Of a stretch of DNA of 32,000 nucleotides, positions 9,896 through 19,695 are shown in pieces; the stretch's first letter is position 1, and each line of letters opens with the position of its first letter. The notes under the pieces are model-generated. The model saw only the letters and a list, made by a program, of their open reading frames with translations, was not told the origin of the DNA and ran no database searches. The translations under genes were made by a program, and so were the position numbers. The stretch lies in NCBI RefSeq assembly GCF_000441555.1, contig NC_021885.1, forward strand, positions 330,001 to 362,000, given 5' to 3'. The DNA comes from Candidatus Profftella armatura. GTDB lineage: Bacteria > Pseudomonadota > Gammaproteobacteria > Burkholderiales > Burkholderiaceae.

Positions 9896-10588
9896 TTACT
9901 TTTTCCAAATACATCTTCCATTTGAATGTTTATCTATCTTAGATAGAATCATATTATGTTCAACTAACTCATTGGAATTGGCTAATTTTATTGGAATATT
10001 ATTTGGTATTTTTATTTTAGTTTCAATATTATTTGAATTATTAATTTTAGGTTTAAAATTTAAATTACTTTGACCTCTGGTCATTGCTAGATATACTTCC
10101 GCTAAAAGTTCTGCGTCAAGTAAACCGCCATGTAAAGTTCTATGTATTTTTGAAATATTATAGCGATCACATAATGCATCTAAAGAATTACGTTTTCCAG
10201 TATGTATTTTTCTTGCCATCAATAATGTATCAGTAATTCGATAAATATATTTTGTAAAATTTGAATAACCTAAAAGAGATAATTCCATATCCAAAAATCC
10301 AACATCAAATGCTGCGTTATGAATTATAATTTCAGAATTAGAAACATAATTTAAAAAATTATCTACAATTTCTGAAAATTTTGATTTATTTTTAAGAAAT
10401 TTTGTTGTTAAACCATGTATAGCTAAAGCACTTTTTTCGGAATCTCTACCGGGGTTAATATAATAATGTAAATTATTTCCAGTAATTTGACGATTTTTAA
10501 TTTCTACGCATCCAATTTCAATAATACGATGACCATCAATAATATTTAATCCTGTTGTTTCTATATCTAAAACAATATGACGATGCAT
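9896..10588 (-). CDS. dnaQ: DNA polymerase III epsilon subunit (3'-5' proofreading exonuclease)
   Basis: 230 aa. Exo motifs VLDIETTGL, HNAAFDVGFL and HGGLLDAELLAEVY. Confidence 0.93.
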   Translation of the reverse strand: MHRHIVLDIETTGLNIIDGHRIIEIGCVEIKNRQITGNNLHYYINPGRDSEKSALAIHGLTTKFLKNKSKFSEIVDNFLNYVSNSEIIIHNAAFDVGFLDMELSLLGYSNFTKYIYRITDTLLMARKIHTGKRNSLDALCDRYNISKIHRTLHGGLLDAELLAEVYLAMTRGQSNLNFKPKINNSNNIETKIKIPNNIPIKLANSNELVEHNMILSKIDKHSNGRCIWKK

Positions 10589-10674
10589 TTTATAAAAAAA
10601 ATTATTTAATAATATTGATTAACAATTTAAAAAAATATTTTTAAATTTTAATAAATTGAGTTAGAAATAAAATG

Positions 10675-10750
10675 TGGTGGAGGTTATCGGAATTGAACCG
10701 ATGACATCCTGCTTGCAAAGCAGGTGCTCTACCAACTGAGCTAAACCCCC
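10675..10750 (-). tRNA. tRNA-Ala (anticodon UGC), CCA encoded
   Basis: The minus strand reads gggggtt-ta-gctcagttggtagagc-a-cctgc-ttTGCaa-gcagg-atgtc-atcgg-ttcaatt-ccgat-aacctcc-a-cca. The G3:U70 alanine identity pair is present. Confidence 0.92.
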
Positions 10751-10761
10751 ATTCATATATA

Positions 10762-10834
10762 TAGGTCTGATTGGACTCGAACCAACGACTACCGCGTTAT
10801 CAACACGGTGCTCTACCAACTGAGCTACAGACCT
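10762..10834 (-). tRNA. tRNA-Ile (anticodon GAU)
   Basis: The minus strand reads aggtctg-ta-gctcagttggtagagc-a-ccgtg-ttGATaa-cgcgg-tagtc-gttgg-ttcgagt-ccaat-cagacct-a. It ends 11 nt upstream of tRNA-Ala. Confidence 0.92.
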
Positions 10835-10992
10835 AAAATTTAAATATATAATAACATTATAATACTAAAATTATTTTTTGTATCGTTTTAACAAAATATT
10901 TTTTAAAAATTTTTTTAATTTTTATAAATAAATTTTAAAAAATAAATTATTTTTAAATTTACATAAATCTAAATACTTTTAACTTCATAAAT

Positions 10993-12285
10993 CTATACAT
11001 ATAATCCTCTTGTTTTGTGTGCTTGCAAAACTCTCGTACAACCTATTATAAACGCAGCGGTACGTAATGATACTTTTTTTGTGTTAGCTAATTCCCATAT
11101 AGCATTAAATGCATTACATATAATATTATTTAATCTTAAATTAATTTCTTGTTCTGTCCATAATAAATTAGAAAGATTTTGTACCCACTCAAAATAACTA
11201 ACAATTACACCTCCGGCATTAGTAATAACGTCTGGCGCTAATATTATTCCTTTATCTCGCAAAATATCATCCGCTTCTGTTGTTGTTGGTCCATTAGCTC
11301 CTTCTAATATAATTTTTGCTGTAACATTATTTGCATTATTAATGGTAATTTGATCTTCAATCGCAGCTGGAATCAATATGTCACATGGAATAGACCAAAA
11401 TTCTTTAGAATCATTAATTTTTTCACCCTCATTAAAATCTTTTATACTTCTTGTGAAAGTAACATATTTTTGTAACTTAGGTATATTAAATCCATTTGGA
11501 TTATAAATTGTTGTTTTATCATCCTGTATTGCCACAATTTTTGCGCCAGCTTTAAAAAAAAGATTTGCCGCAACACTACCTACATTACCAAACCCTTGTA
11601 TAGAAATTTTAGAGTTAATAATATTTAAATTTATTTTAGAAGCAATTTTACTACCAATAATAAATACACCGCGCCCAGTTGCTTTTTGTCTACCAAAACT
11701 ACCCCCAATAGAGATTGGTTTGCCTGTAACAATACCTGGTATAGTGTAATTTTTTTTTGTTGAATAAGTATCCATCATCCATGACATAATCTGCATATCA
11801 GTTCCAACATCAGGCGCTGGTATATCTTTATTTAATCCAATTATAGAGCTAATTTCATTAGTATAACGACGTGTTAATCGCATTAATTCATTATTTGATA
11901 AATTTTTTGGATTAACACGAATTCCTCCCTTTGCTCCGCCATAAGGTATATTAACCGCAGCATTTTTTATTGTCATCCAGCCAGATAAAGCAATTATTTC
12001 AGATAATGTAACATCCGGATGAAAACGTACCCCACCTTTTCCGGGACCACGTAATATATTATGTTGCACACGATATCCTTCGTAATGAAAAACTTCTCCA
12101 TTATCATGCTCAATTGGAACATCTACTATTAAAATTTTTTTTGGATGTTTCAATATCTCTATCCAGCGAGATAGAGAACCAAGATATGGGGTAACACGAT
12201 CAATTTGCTGTAAATAAACACCCCATGGCCCAAGATCATTTTGTGAAAGATAAGATGGTCTAGAATTATCTGTAAATTTAGACAT
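10993..12285 (-). CDS. gdhA: glutamate dehydrogenase (Glu/Leu/Phe/Val dehydrogenase family)
   Basis: 430 aa. Active-site lysine motif PYGGAKGGIRVNP and dinucleotide fold IQGFGNVGS. Confidence 0.9.
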   Translation of the reverse strand: MSKFTDNSRPSYLSQNDLGPWGVYLQQIDRVTPYLGSLSRWIEILKHPKKILIVDVPIEHDNGEVFHYEGYRVQHNILRGPGKGGVRFHPDVTLSEIIALSGWMTIKNAAVNIPYGGAKGGIRVNPKNLSNNELMRLTRRYTNEISSIIGLNKDIPAPDVGTDMQIMSWMMDTYSTKKNYTIPGIVTGKPISIGGSFGRQKATGRGVFIIGSKIASKINLNIINSKISIQGFGNVGSVAANLFFKAGAKIVAIQDDKTTIYNPNGFNIPKLQKYVTFTRSIKDFNEGEKINDSKEFWSIPCDILIPAAIEDQITINNANNVTAKIILEGANGPTTTEADDILRDKGIILAPDVITNAGGVIVSYFEWVQNLSNLLWTEQEINLRLNNIICNAFNAIWELANTKKVSLRTAAFIIGCTRVLQAHKTRGLYV

Positions 12286-12431
12286 TTTGATAATATCCTT
12301 TTTAATTGATAGTATATTAATAATTTAAAATTATTACAATAATTTAAAATATTTTAAAATAGTCATGTAAAAATAAAAAATTTATTTTTAAAATTATAAT
12401 TATATTTGTGATTATACTAATAATTAGTACA

Positions 12432-13433
12432 ATGAAAAATTTTTTAAATTCATATTTTTTTATCAATAAAATAAATAATAATTTTTTAAAAATTAATACA
12501 ATATTAACTTCTATTAAATTTTGTTTAACTAAAAAAGTTAATGGAATTAGACTTGATAAAGCGCTATCATTAATATTAAATCAATATTCGCGAAATTGCA
12601 TTCAAAAATGGATAAAATTAAAACAGATATTAATTAATAATAAAACAGCAGAAGCTGATATGATTATTTCTGGATATGAGTTAATTATTATTAAACCTAA
12701 AAAAAATTTTTTTTTAAACAAAACAGAAAAAAAAGTAATAAAATTAGATATAATTTATGAAGATAATGAAATTATTATTCTTAATAAGTCAGCTGGGTTG
12801 GTAGTTCATCCGGCAATTGGTAATTTATCTGGAACATTATTTGATAATCTTTTAGAAATTTATCCATTTTTAATAAATGTTCCTAGAGCGGGTATTGTAC
12901 ATCGTTTAGATAAGAATAGTAGCGGATTAATGGTTGTTGCTAAATCAATAAAATCATATATACATCTTGTTAATCAATTAAAAATGCACATTGTTCAAAG
13001 AAAATATTTAGCAATGGTTTGGGGTATTCCAAAATTAAATGGAATGATTAATGCAGCAATAATGCGAAATCCACATAATCGTATTAAAATGACTGTTTCT
13101 AAAAATTTTAATGCTAAACCAGCTTTAACTTATTATGAAAGATTAGCGACTGGGATAATTAATAAAAAACATATTAGTTTAATTCGCTGTAATTTAAAAA
13201 CAGGAAGAACTCATCAAATTAGAGTACACATGCAATGGTTAGGACATGGAATAGTTGGAGATAATCTTTATGGTAAAAAATATTCAAAATCATTAATATT
13301 TAATAGACAGGCATTACATGCTTATAAATTAGGATTAATACATCCAAAAAATAATTTAAAATTAAAATGGAGAATCAATCTTCCAGATGATATTTCTAAA
13401 TTAATTACATTTTCTGGTATAAAATGGATTTAA
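12432..13433 (+). CDS. rluD: 23S rRNA pseudouridine synthase RluD (RluA family)
   Basis: N-terminal S4-like domain, then HRLDKNSSGLMVVAKS and GRTHQIRVHM. The ORF track starts at GTG 12408; ATG 12432 (MKNF...) is my preferred start, and the choice is uncertain. Confidence 0.88.
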   Translation: MKNFLNSYFFINKINNNFLKINTILTSIKFCLTKKVNGIRLDKALSLILNQYSRNCIQKWIKLKQILINNKTAEADMIISGYELIIIKPKKNFFLNKTEKKVIKLDIIYEDNEIIILNKSAGLVVHPAIGNLSGTLFDNLLEIYPFLINVPRAGIVHRLDKNSSGLMVVAKSIKSYIHLVNQLKMHIVQRKYLAMVWGIPKLNGMINAAIMRNPHNRIKMTVSKNFNAKPALTYYERLATGIINKKHISLIRCNLKTGRTHQIRVHMQWLGHGIVGDNLYGKKYSKSLIFNRQALHAYKLGLIHPKNNLKLKWRINLPDDISKLITFSGIKWI

Positions 13434-13502
13434 TATTTCCTATAATAAAAAAATTTTTTTTAAATATTTTTAAAAATATCAATTTTAAAAAAATTTTATA
13501 AA

Positions 13503-13964
13503 TTAAAATTGATTTTTATATTTTTTTATAATTATTTCTGTTTCTCTTTTTATATCACGTTCGCGTTCTTTTCGACGTTTATCATATTGTTTTTTTCCTT
13601 TAGCAAGAGCTATTTCGCATTTTATTCTATTTTTTACAAAATATAATTTAGATGGAATTAAAGTGTATCCAGATTTTTTAACCTTTCCAGTTAATTTTTT
13701 AATTTCAGTTGCATGCAATAATAATTTTCGTGTTCTAATTGTGTCATAACTAATATCTGTAAAAACATTTAAATTAGATAAAATACTAATATGTGCGCCT
13801 AACAAAAATATTTCATTATCACGAATAATGATATATGATTCTTTTAAATGAACATGTTTTGCCCGTATTGATTTAACTTCCCATCCTTTTAGGACAATGC
13901 CAGCTTCATAATAATCTTCTAGAAAATAATTAAATAATGCTTTTTTATTATTTGTAATTATCAT
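13503..13964 (-). CDS. smpB: SsrA-binding protein
   Basis: 153 aa with the typical SmpB layout (NKKALFNY..., [19 protein letters not shown], basic C-terminal tail). Confidence 0.93.
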   Translation of the reverse strand: MIITNNKKALFNYFLEDYYEAGIVLKGWEVKSIRAKHVHLKESYIIIRDNEIFLLGAHISILSNLNVFTDISYDTIRTRKLLLHATEIKKLTGKVKKSGYTLIPSKLYFVKNRIKCEIALAKGKKQYDKRRKERERDIKRETEIIIKKYKNQF

Positions 13965-14120
13965 ACTTGTTATAAGTATATTTTAAAAAATTTGATAATA
14001 TATTTTATTAGAATTAAAATTAAACGTTAATTTATTTAATTTTAATAAATAAATATAAAAAACAACTAAATCATATTCAAATTAATAATTTTAGTACTTG
14101 TCAATTCTAATTAATAACAT

Positions 14121-14390
14121 ATGAGTAAATTAATTTATGTTCAAATTTGTTATGCTGATTTACAATTACAAATTTTGTATGAATTATATGTGACAAATCA
14201 AACTTCTATACAAACAGCAATTCTTCAAAGTAATATTTTACATAAAATTAGTAAAATTAATTCAATTAATTTAAAAGTAGGTATTTATGGAAAATTAAAA
14301 AAATTAGATACAATATTACGTAATAATGATAGAATTGAAATTTATCGTCCATTGATCATTAATTCAAAAAATTACATTATCGCAAAATAA
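14121..14390 (+). CDS. ratB: RnfH-family ubiquitin-fold protein (RatB/YfjF-like, UPF0125)
   Basis: 89 aa. KVGIYGKLKKLDTILRNNDRIEIYRPLIINSK aligns with remembered E. coli YfjF [32 protein letters not shown]. It is divergent from smpB, as in E. coli. Confidence 0.85.
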   Translation: MSKLIYVQICYADLQLQILYELYVTNQTSIQTAILQSNILHKISKINSINLKVGIYGKLKKLDTILRNNDRIEIYRPLIINSKNYIIAK

Positions 14391-14436
14391 TTAATAATTC
14401 TTAATTATATTAAAAATTTTAATATTAATTAAATTT

Positions 14437-14460
14437 TGTTCACCGTTATATTGGTGAACA
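14437..14460. terminator. 8-bp perfect hairpin between the convergent ratB and maeB genes (candidate bidirectional terminator)
   Basis: tgttcacc-gttatatt-ggtgaaca. It is the only G/C-containing element in the 115-bp convergent spacer. The flanking T-tracts are weak. Confidence 0.4.
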
Positions 14461-14505
14461 ATTAATATAAAATTTAAATAATTATTTTTCAAAAAAATAA
14501 AAAAT

Positions 14506-16806
14506 TTATTTTGATAAAGCATCTATTACACACAATGCAGTCATATTTACAATTCTTCTTACTGTCGCTGATGATGTTAAAATATGAATCGGTTTTGAAC
14601 AACCTAATAAAATAGGGCCAATTGCAACACCATTACCAGATGTTATTTTTAATAAATTATAAGCTATATTTGCAGATTCAATATTTGGTAACACCAAAAG
14701 ATTAGCATCTCCAGTTAATTTAGAATTTGGTATTTGTTTGTGTAATAATTCATTATTTAGAGCGTAATTTCCATTCATTTCTCCATCAATTTCTAATTCT
14801 GGCATTTGTTTTTGTATTAATTTTAATGCTGTCCTCATTTTATGAGCTGAAATATTATTATTTGAACCAAAATTTGAATTAGATAAAAGAGCAACACGAG
14901 GTTTTAAGCCAAGAGAAAACATTTTTTTTGCTGCTAGAATTGTAATTTCTGATAATTCTTCTGCGTTTGGATTTTCATTAATATGTGTATCAACCAACAT
15001 TAGTTGCCGATCCATAAGAATTAAATTACTCATTGCTGCATATATATTTGTTTTATTTTTTTTGCCTATTATTTGATCGATATAATTTAAATGTAATTTG
15101 GTAGAACCAAGAATACCACAAATCATTCCATCAGCATTTCCTTTATGAATAGCCATAGCGCCTATTAATGTATTACATTTTCTCATTTTTAATTGAGCAT
15201 ATTGCTCAATCATACCCTTACGATTTGTCATAGATAAATAAGTTTTCCAGTAATCCTTATACTGTTTATTAAAATCAGGATCTATTATTTCAAAATGTAT
15301 TCCGGGTTTTATTCGTAATCTAAGTTTTTTGATATGTTGTTCTAAAATTTTTGTACGTCCAATTAAAATAGGAAAAGCCAAATTTTCATCAATAACCACT
15401 TGTATAGCGCGTAGTATTTTTTCCTCTTCTCCTTCCGAATAAATAATTCTTTTAATATTTTTTTGTGCTTTTTTAGCTATCTGAAAAATAGGATTCATAA
15501 AAGCACTACTACGGTAAACAAATTTTTGTAAATGATTTGTATAAATTTCTATATCTTTAATTGGTTTAGTGGCAACACCAGATTTTTCGGCAGCAATTGC
15601 AACAGCTGGAGCAATTTTAATCATTAAACGAGGATCAAATGGCTTTGGAATAATACATTCTGATCCAAATGTCATATTAGTAATTCCATAAGTTGTATTA
15701 ACAATATCAGATTGTTCTATTTGAGCTAAATCAGCAATTGCATGTACTGCTGCAATTTCCATTTCCCGTGTAATAGTTGTAGCCCCAGAATCTAGTGCTC
15801 CACGAAAAATATAAGGAAAGCATAATACATTATTTACTTGATTAGGATAATCAGAACGACCTGTAGCAATAATTGCATCATTTCTAACAGATTTAATATC
15901 TTCTGGTAAGATTTCTGGTAATGGATTAGCTAACGCTAATATTATAGGATTTTTTGCCATTTGTAATACCATTTCTTTTTTTAATACTCCAGATACTGAT
16001 AATCCAAGAAAAATATCTGCATTAGGAATAATATCAGATAATGTTCGAGCTGTAGTATCTTTTATAAAACGAGCCTTATTTGAATCCATTAATTCAGACC
16101 GTCCCTTATAAAGAACTCCAGCTAAATCTGTAACAAAAATATTTTGTAATGGAAAACCAAGATCAATAATTAAATCAAGACAAGCTAATGCTGCAGCACC
16201 TGCTCCAGAAACCACTAATTTACAATCTTTCATTTTTTTTTTAACTAATTTTAATCCATTTAAAATAGCTGATCCAACGATAATAGCAGTCCCATGTTGA
16301 TCATCATGAAATACTGGTATTTTCATATGATTACGTAATTTTTTTTCAATATAGAAACATTCTGGAGCTTTAATATCTTCTAGATTAATACCACCAAAAG
16401 TTGGTTCTAATGAAAATATAATATCACATAATTTGTCTGGATCTGTTTCATTTATTTCAAGATCAAAAACATCAATTCCGGCAAATTTTTTAAATAATAC
16501 TGCTTTTCCTTCCATTACTGGCTTAGATGCTAATGGACCAATATTTCCCATTCCTAAAACAGCTGTTCCATTAGTTATTACTGCAACTAAATTTCCTTTA
16601 GTAGTGTATTTAAATACATTATTTGAATTAGATACAATTTCTTCGCAAGCAGAGGCCACGCCCGGAGAATATGCTAATGCTAAATCATCTTGATTACTAA
16701 GTTGTTTACTTGGAATAACACTAATTTTTCCTGGGATAGGGAATTCATGATACTCTAAAGCGGATTGATGTGATTTTTTACAAAAATTTTTTTTAAAATT
16801 AATCAT
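14506..16806 (-). CDS. maeB: NADP-dependent malic enzyme (malic enzyme plus phosphotransacetylase-like C-terminal domain)
   Basis: 766 aa. N-terminal malic-enzyme region ([10 protein letters not shown], dinucleotide fold [12 protein letters not shown]) and a long PTA-like C-terminal half, the MaeB architecture. Confidence 0.92.
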   Translation of the reverse strand: MINFKKNFCKKSHQSALEYHEFPIPGKISVIPSKQLSNQDDLALAYSPGVASACEEIVSNSNNVFKYTTKGNLVAVITNGTAVLGMGNIGPLASKPVMEGKAVLFKKFAGIDVFDLEINETDPDKLCDIIFSLEPTFGGINLEDIKAPECFYIEKKLRNHMKIPVFHDDQHGTAIIVGSAILNGLKLVKKKMKDCKLVVSGAGAAALACLDLIIDLGFPLQNIFVTDLAGVLYKGRSELMDSNKARFIKDTTARTLSDIIPNADIFLGLSVSGVLKKEMVLQMAKNPIILALANPLPEILPEDIKSVRNDAIIATGRSDYPNQVNNVLCFPYIFRGALDSGATTITREMEIAAVHAIADLAQIEQSDIVNTTYGITNMTFGSECIIPKPFDPRLMIKIAPAVAIAAEKSGVATKPIKDIEIYTNHLQKFVYRSSAFMNPIFQIAKKAQKNIKRIIYSEGEEEKILRAIQVVIDENLAFPILIGRTKILEQHIKKLRLRIKPGIHFEIIDPDFNKQYKDYWKTYLSMTNRKGMIEQYAQLKMRKCNTLIGAMAIHKGNADGMICGILGSTKLHLNYIDQIIGKKNKTNIYAAMSNLILMDRQLMLVDTHINENPNAEELSEITILAAKKMFSLGLKPRVALLSNSNFGSNNNISAHKMRTALKLIQKQMPELEIDGEMNGNYALNNELLHKQIPNSKLTGDANLLVLPNIESANIAYNLLKITSGNGVAIGPILLGCSKPIHILTSSATVRRIVNMTALCVIDALSK

Positions 16807-17272
16807 TATAATATATTTTATTAGTTAATATTTTATGAAAATAAATAATTTAATTTTTATGAAATTGTGTAAATTTATTACACAATAATTGTTTTAAGTC
16901 AGTAATTTAATTACAAAAAAATTTGAAAAAAATTCTATAAAATATATTTATAGTCAAAATATATTTTTTAAATTTTTGAATAGATAATAAAAAATATTAT
17001 TTTTATTATTTTATATTTTTACTTTCTAATTTTAATAAATTATTATTTAAGATAAATAAAAATAGATAAAATAGTAATAAAATTAAATTATATAAAATTT
17101 TTTAAAATTTGAAGAAAATTTTACTTTATTTAAGTATATCACATTTTATTTTAAAAAATTAATTGCTCGTTAATATAGATCTTATTATCAAAGATCTTAT
17201 GTATTATTATAATGTTTATTTAGTTTTTATATTCTATTAATTTTTTAATTAATTTTTGAAAATTTTAATCTT

Positions 17273-18691
17273 ATGAGTACTTTAAGAATATATAATTCAT
17301 TTTCTCGTAAAAAACAAATATTTTATCCAATAACACCAGGAAAAGTAGGTTTGTATGTATGTGGTATTACTGCTTATGATTATTGTCATCTCGGTCACGC
17401 AAGATTAATGATTGTATTTGATATAGTGCAACGCTGGTTACGTATTAATAATTATGACGTAACATATGTACGTAATATTACTGATATTGATGATAAAATT
17501 ATTGCCTGCGCTAAAAAAAATAATGAATCAATTAAAACATTAACTTCTCGTTTTATTAAAGCAGCTCAAGAAGATTCTTTATTACTTCATATTCAACCTC
17601 CAGATTATCAACCTTGCGCAACTAACTATATACCACAAATATTAAAAATGATTGAAAAATTAATTTTTAATGGATTGGCTTATCAAAATAATAATGGAAA
17701 AATTAATGGAGATGTAAATTATTCTGTTCGTAATTTTTTAAATTATGGAAAGTTATCTGGTAGATTAATTTCTTCTAATTTTAATAAAATTAATGAAAAA
17801 AATAATTTTAAAAAAGATCCATTAGATTTTGCTCTTTGGAAAGTTTCCAAAAATAATGATCCTTATGAAATTAGATGGAATTCTAAATGGGGGGCAGGTC
17901 GCCCCGGATGGCATATCGAATGCTCTGCTATGTCCTGTTATTTATTAGGATCACATTTTGATATTCATGGCGGAGGACAAGATTTAAAATTCCCGCATCA
18001 TGAAAATGAAATTGCTCAATCTGAAGGAGCATATAAACATAAATTTGTTAACTATTGGATGCATAGCGGTTTTGTTAAAATAAATAATAAGAAAATGTCA
18101 AAATCATTTGGTAATTTTTGTACAATTCGTGATTTATTAAAAAAATATAATCCAGAAGTAATAAGATTTTTTATCTTACGATCACATTATCGTAGTACAA
18201 TAAATTATTCAGAAATTTATTTAAATTATGCTAAAAAAAGTTTGATTCGATTATATTTAGCGATAAAAGATATACCAAAAATAAATTATAAAAAAATTAT
18301 TGATTTAAATGAACCTCATGCAAAACGTTTTATAATAGCTATGAATGATGATTTTAATACTCCGGTTGCAATTTCCATATTATTTGATTTAGCTAATATA
18401 ATTAATAAAAATAAATCTATAAAAATGGCTAAACAATTACGAGGATTAGGTAATTGGTTAGGGTTATTGGAATATTCATCAGATGAATTCTTAAAAAATA
18501 ATATTTATACTGAAAGGAAAAAAAATGTAAATTATTCTGAAAACGATATTAAATTAAAAATTTATTTTAGATCAGAAGCTAGAAAAAGAAAAAATTTTTT
18601 AGAGGCAGATAAAATACGTCAAGAATTAGTTAATAATGGAATTATTTTAGAAGATATGCCTAATGGTAAAACAGAATGGAGAAGAATTTAA
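17273..18691 (+). CDS. cysS: cysteine--tRNA ligase
   Basis: 472 aa. HIGH-type motif HLGHAR, a literal KMSKS, and class-I CysRS features (GWHIECS). Confidence 0.95.
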   Translation: MSTLRIYNSFSRKKQIFYPITPGKVGLYVCGITAYDYCHLGHARLMIVFDIVQRWLRINNYDVTYVRNITDIDDKIIACAKKNNESIKTLTSRFIKAAQEDSLLLHIQPPDYQPCATNYIPQILKMIEKLIFNGLAYQNNNGKINGDVNYSVRNFLNYGKLSGRLISSNFNKINEKNNFKKDPLDFALWKVSKNNDPYEIRWNSKWGAGRPGWHIECSAMSCYLLGSHFDIHGGGQDLKFPHHENEIAQSEGAYKHKFVNYWMHSGFVKINNKKMSKSFGNFCTIRDLLKKYNPEVIRFFILRSHYRSTINYSEIYLNYAKKSLIRLYLAIKDIPKINYKKIIDLNEPHAKRFIIAMNDDFNTPVAISILFDLANIINKNKSIKMAKQLRGLGNWLGLLEYSSDEFLKNNIYTERKKNVNYSENDIKLKIYFRSEARKRKNFLEADKIRQELVNNGIILEDMPNGKTEWRRI

Positions 18692-18719
18692 CTAAAATTT
18701 TTTGTACTTGGATAATAAA

Positions 18720-19688
18720 ATGAAAAATATATTTTTGAATTTTGAGGAACCAATTATTAAATTAGAAAAAAAAATAGAAAAATTACGTTCTTTACAATTT
18801 AGTTCTAATATTGATACCTCAAAAGAAATTAATGATTTAGTAAAAAAATGCAATAAATTAACTGAGGAAATTTATTCTAAATTAACTCCATGGCAAATTT
18901 CCCAAATTGCTCGCCATCCAAAAAGACCATATACATTAGATTATATTCGTGAAATATTTACCGATATTCATGAATTACATGGTGATCGTAATTATGGTGA
19001 TGATTTATCAATTATTGGTGTTCTTGCTCGTATTAATGGAGAATCTTGCATGGTAATTGGGCATCAAAAAGGAAGAAATGTTAATGAACGTATAATTCGT
19101 AATTTTGGTATGGCAAAACCAGAAGGTTATCGTAAGGCAGTTAGATTAATGCATATTGCTGAAAAATTTAATTTACCTATTTTTACTTTTATTGATACAC
19201 CTGGCGCATTTCCAGGAATAGATGCAGAAGAAAGAGGTCAATCTGAGGCAATTGGACATAGTATTTATGTAATGTCAAAATTAAAAGTACCATTGATTTC
19301 TACTATTATTGGTGAAGGAGGATCAGGGGGGGCACTAGCAATTGCTGTTAGTGATATTACTTTAATGTTACAATACGCAATTTATTCTGTTATTTCTCCG
19401 GAAGGTTGCGCATCTATTCTTTGGAAAACTTCAAAACGTGCTTCTGATGCAGCTGAAGCATTAGGATTGACGGCTGATAAATTAAAATCAATTGGATTAA
19501 TTAATAAAATTATAAAAGAACCCATAGGTGGAGCACATCGTAATATTAAATTAATGTCTAATACACTAAAAAATATATTATTTAATACATTAAACAAATT
19601 TAAAAATATAAAAATTAAAGACTTATTAAATATACGTTATAATAAATTAATGAATTATGGAAAATTTAAAAGAATTAATTCTATGTGA
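18720..19688 (+). CDS. accA: acetyl-CoA carboxylase carboxyltransferase alpha subunit
   Basis: [22 protein letters not shown] matches the AccA N-terminus (E. coli MSLNFLDFEQPIAELEAKI). Also has [10 protein letters not shown] and [10 protein letters not shown]. The ORF track begins at TTG 18702; ATG 18720 fits homologs better. It ends at TGA. Confidence 0.93.
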   Translation: MKNIFLNFEEPIIKLEKKIEKLRSLQFSSNIDTSKEINDLVKKCNKLTEEIYSKLTPWQISQIARHPKRPYTLDYIREIFTDIHELHGDRNYGDDLSIIGVLARINGESCMVIGHQKGRNVNERIIRNFGMAKPEGYRKAVRLMHIAEKFNLPIFTFIDTPGAFPGIDAEERGQSEAIGHSIYVMSKLKVPLISTIIGEGGSGGALAIAVSDITLMLQYAIYSVISPEGCASILWKTSKRASDAAEALGLTADKLKSIGLINKIIKEPIGGAHRNIKLMSNTLKNILFNTLNKFKNIKIKDLLNIRYNKLMNYGKFKRINSM

Positions 19689-19695
19689 AGAAATT

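Noticed and set aside
9789-10073. 94-aa + strand ORF.
   Set aside because: Its 5' part is the tRNA-Leu(UAA) gene and its 3' part is antisense to dnaQ, so it is not a real gene.
10589-10992. rRNA gene remnants flanking the tRNA-Ile/tRNA-Ala pair.
   Set aside because: The flanks are only 86 bp and 158 bp of A/T-rich sequence. I could not see any conserved 16S 3'-end or 23S 5'-end strings.
11015-11197. 60-aa ORF antisense to gdhA.
   Set aside because: Shadow ORF inside gdhA.
13434-13502. tmRNA (ssrA) next to smpB, and other structured RNAs (RNase P RNA, 4.5S, 6S) in the long spacers.
   Set aside because: No G/C-rich structured segments or conserved strings were visible. All G/C islands in the spacers are accounted for by the eight tRNAs and the short palindromes. 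A covariance-model scan is needed for certainty.
16433-16693. 86-aa ORF antisense to maeB.
   Set aside because: Shadow ORF inside maeB.
17176-17199. Direct repeat agatcttat ... agatcttat (two AGATCT/GATC sites, 15-bp period) about 75-95 bp upstream of cysS.
   Set aside because: It is only 9 bp x2. I cannot distinguish it from chance or assign a regulator, so I note it without calling it a site.
18702-18719. Upstream start extensions: TTG for accA (18702), and likewise ATG 19657 for tilS and GTG 12408 for rluD.
   Set aside because: Alignment of the N-termini to remembered homologs favours the downstream ATGs (18720, 19696, 12432). The longer forms cannot be excluded without experimental or comparative data.
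19382-19597. 71-aa ORF antisense to accA.
   Set aside because: Shadow ORF inside accA.
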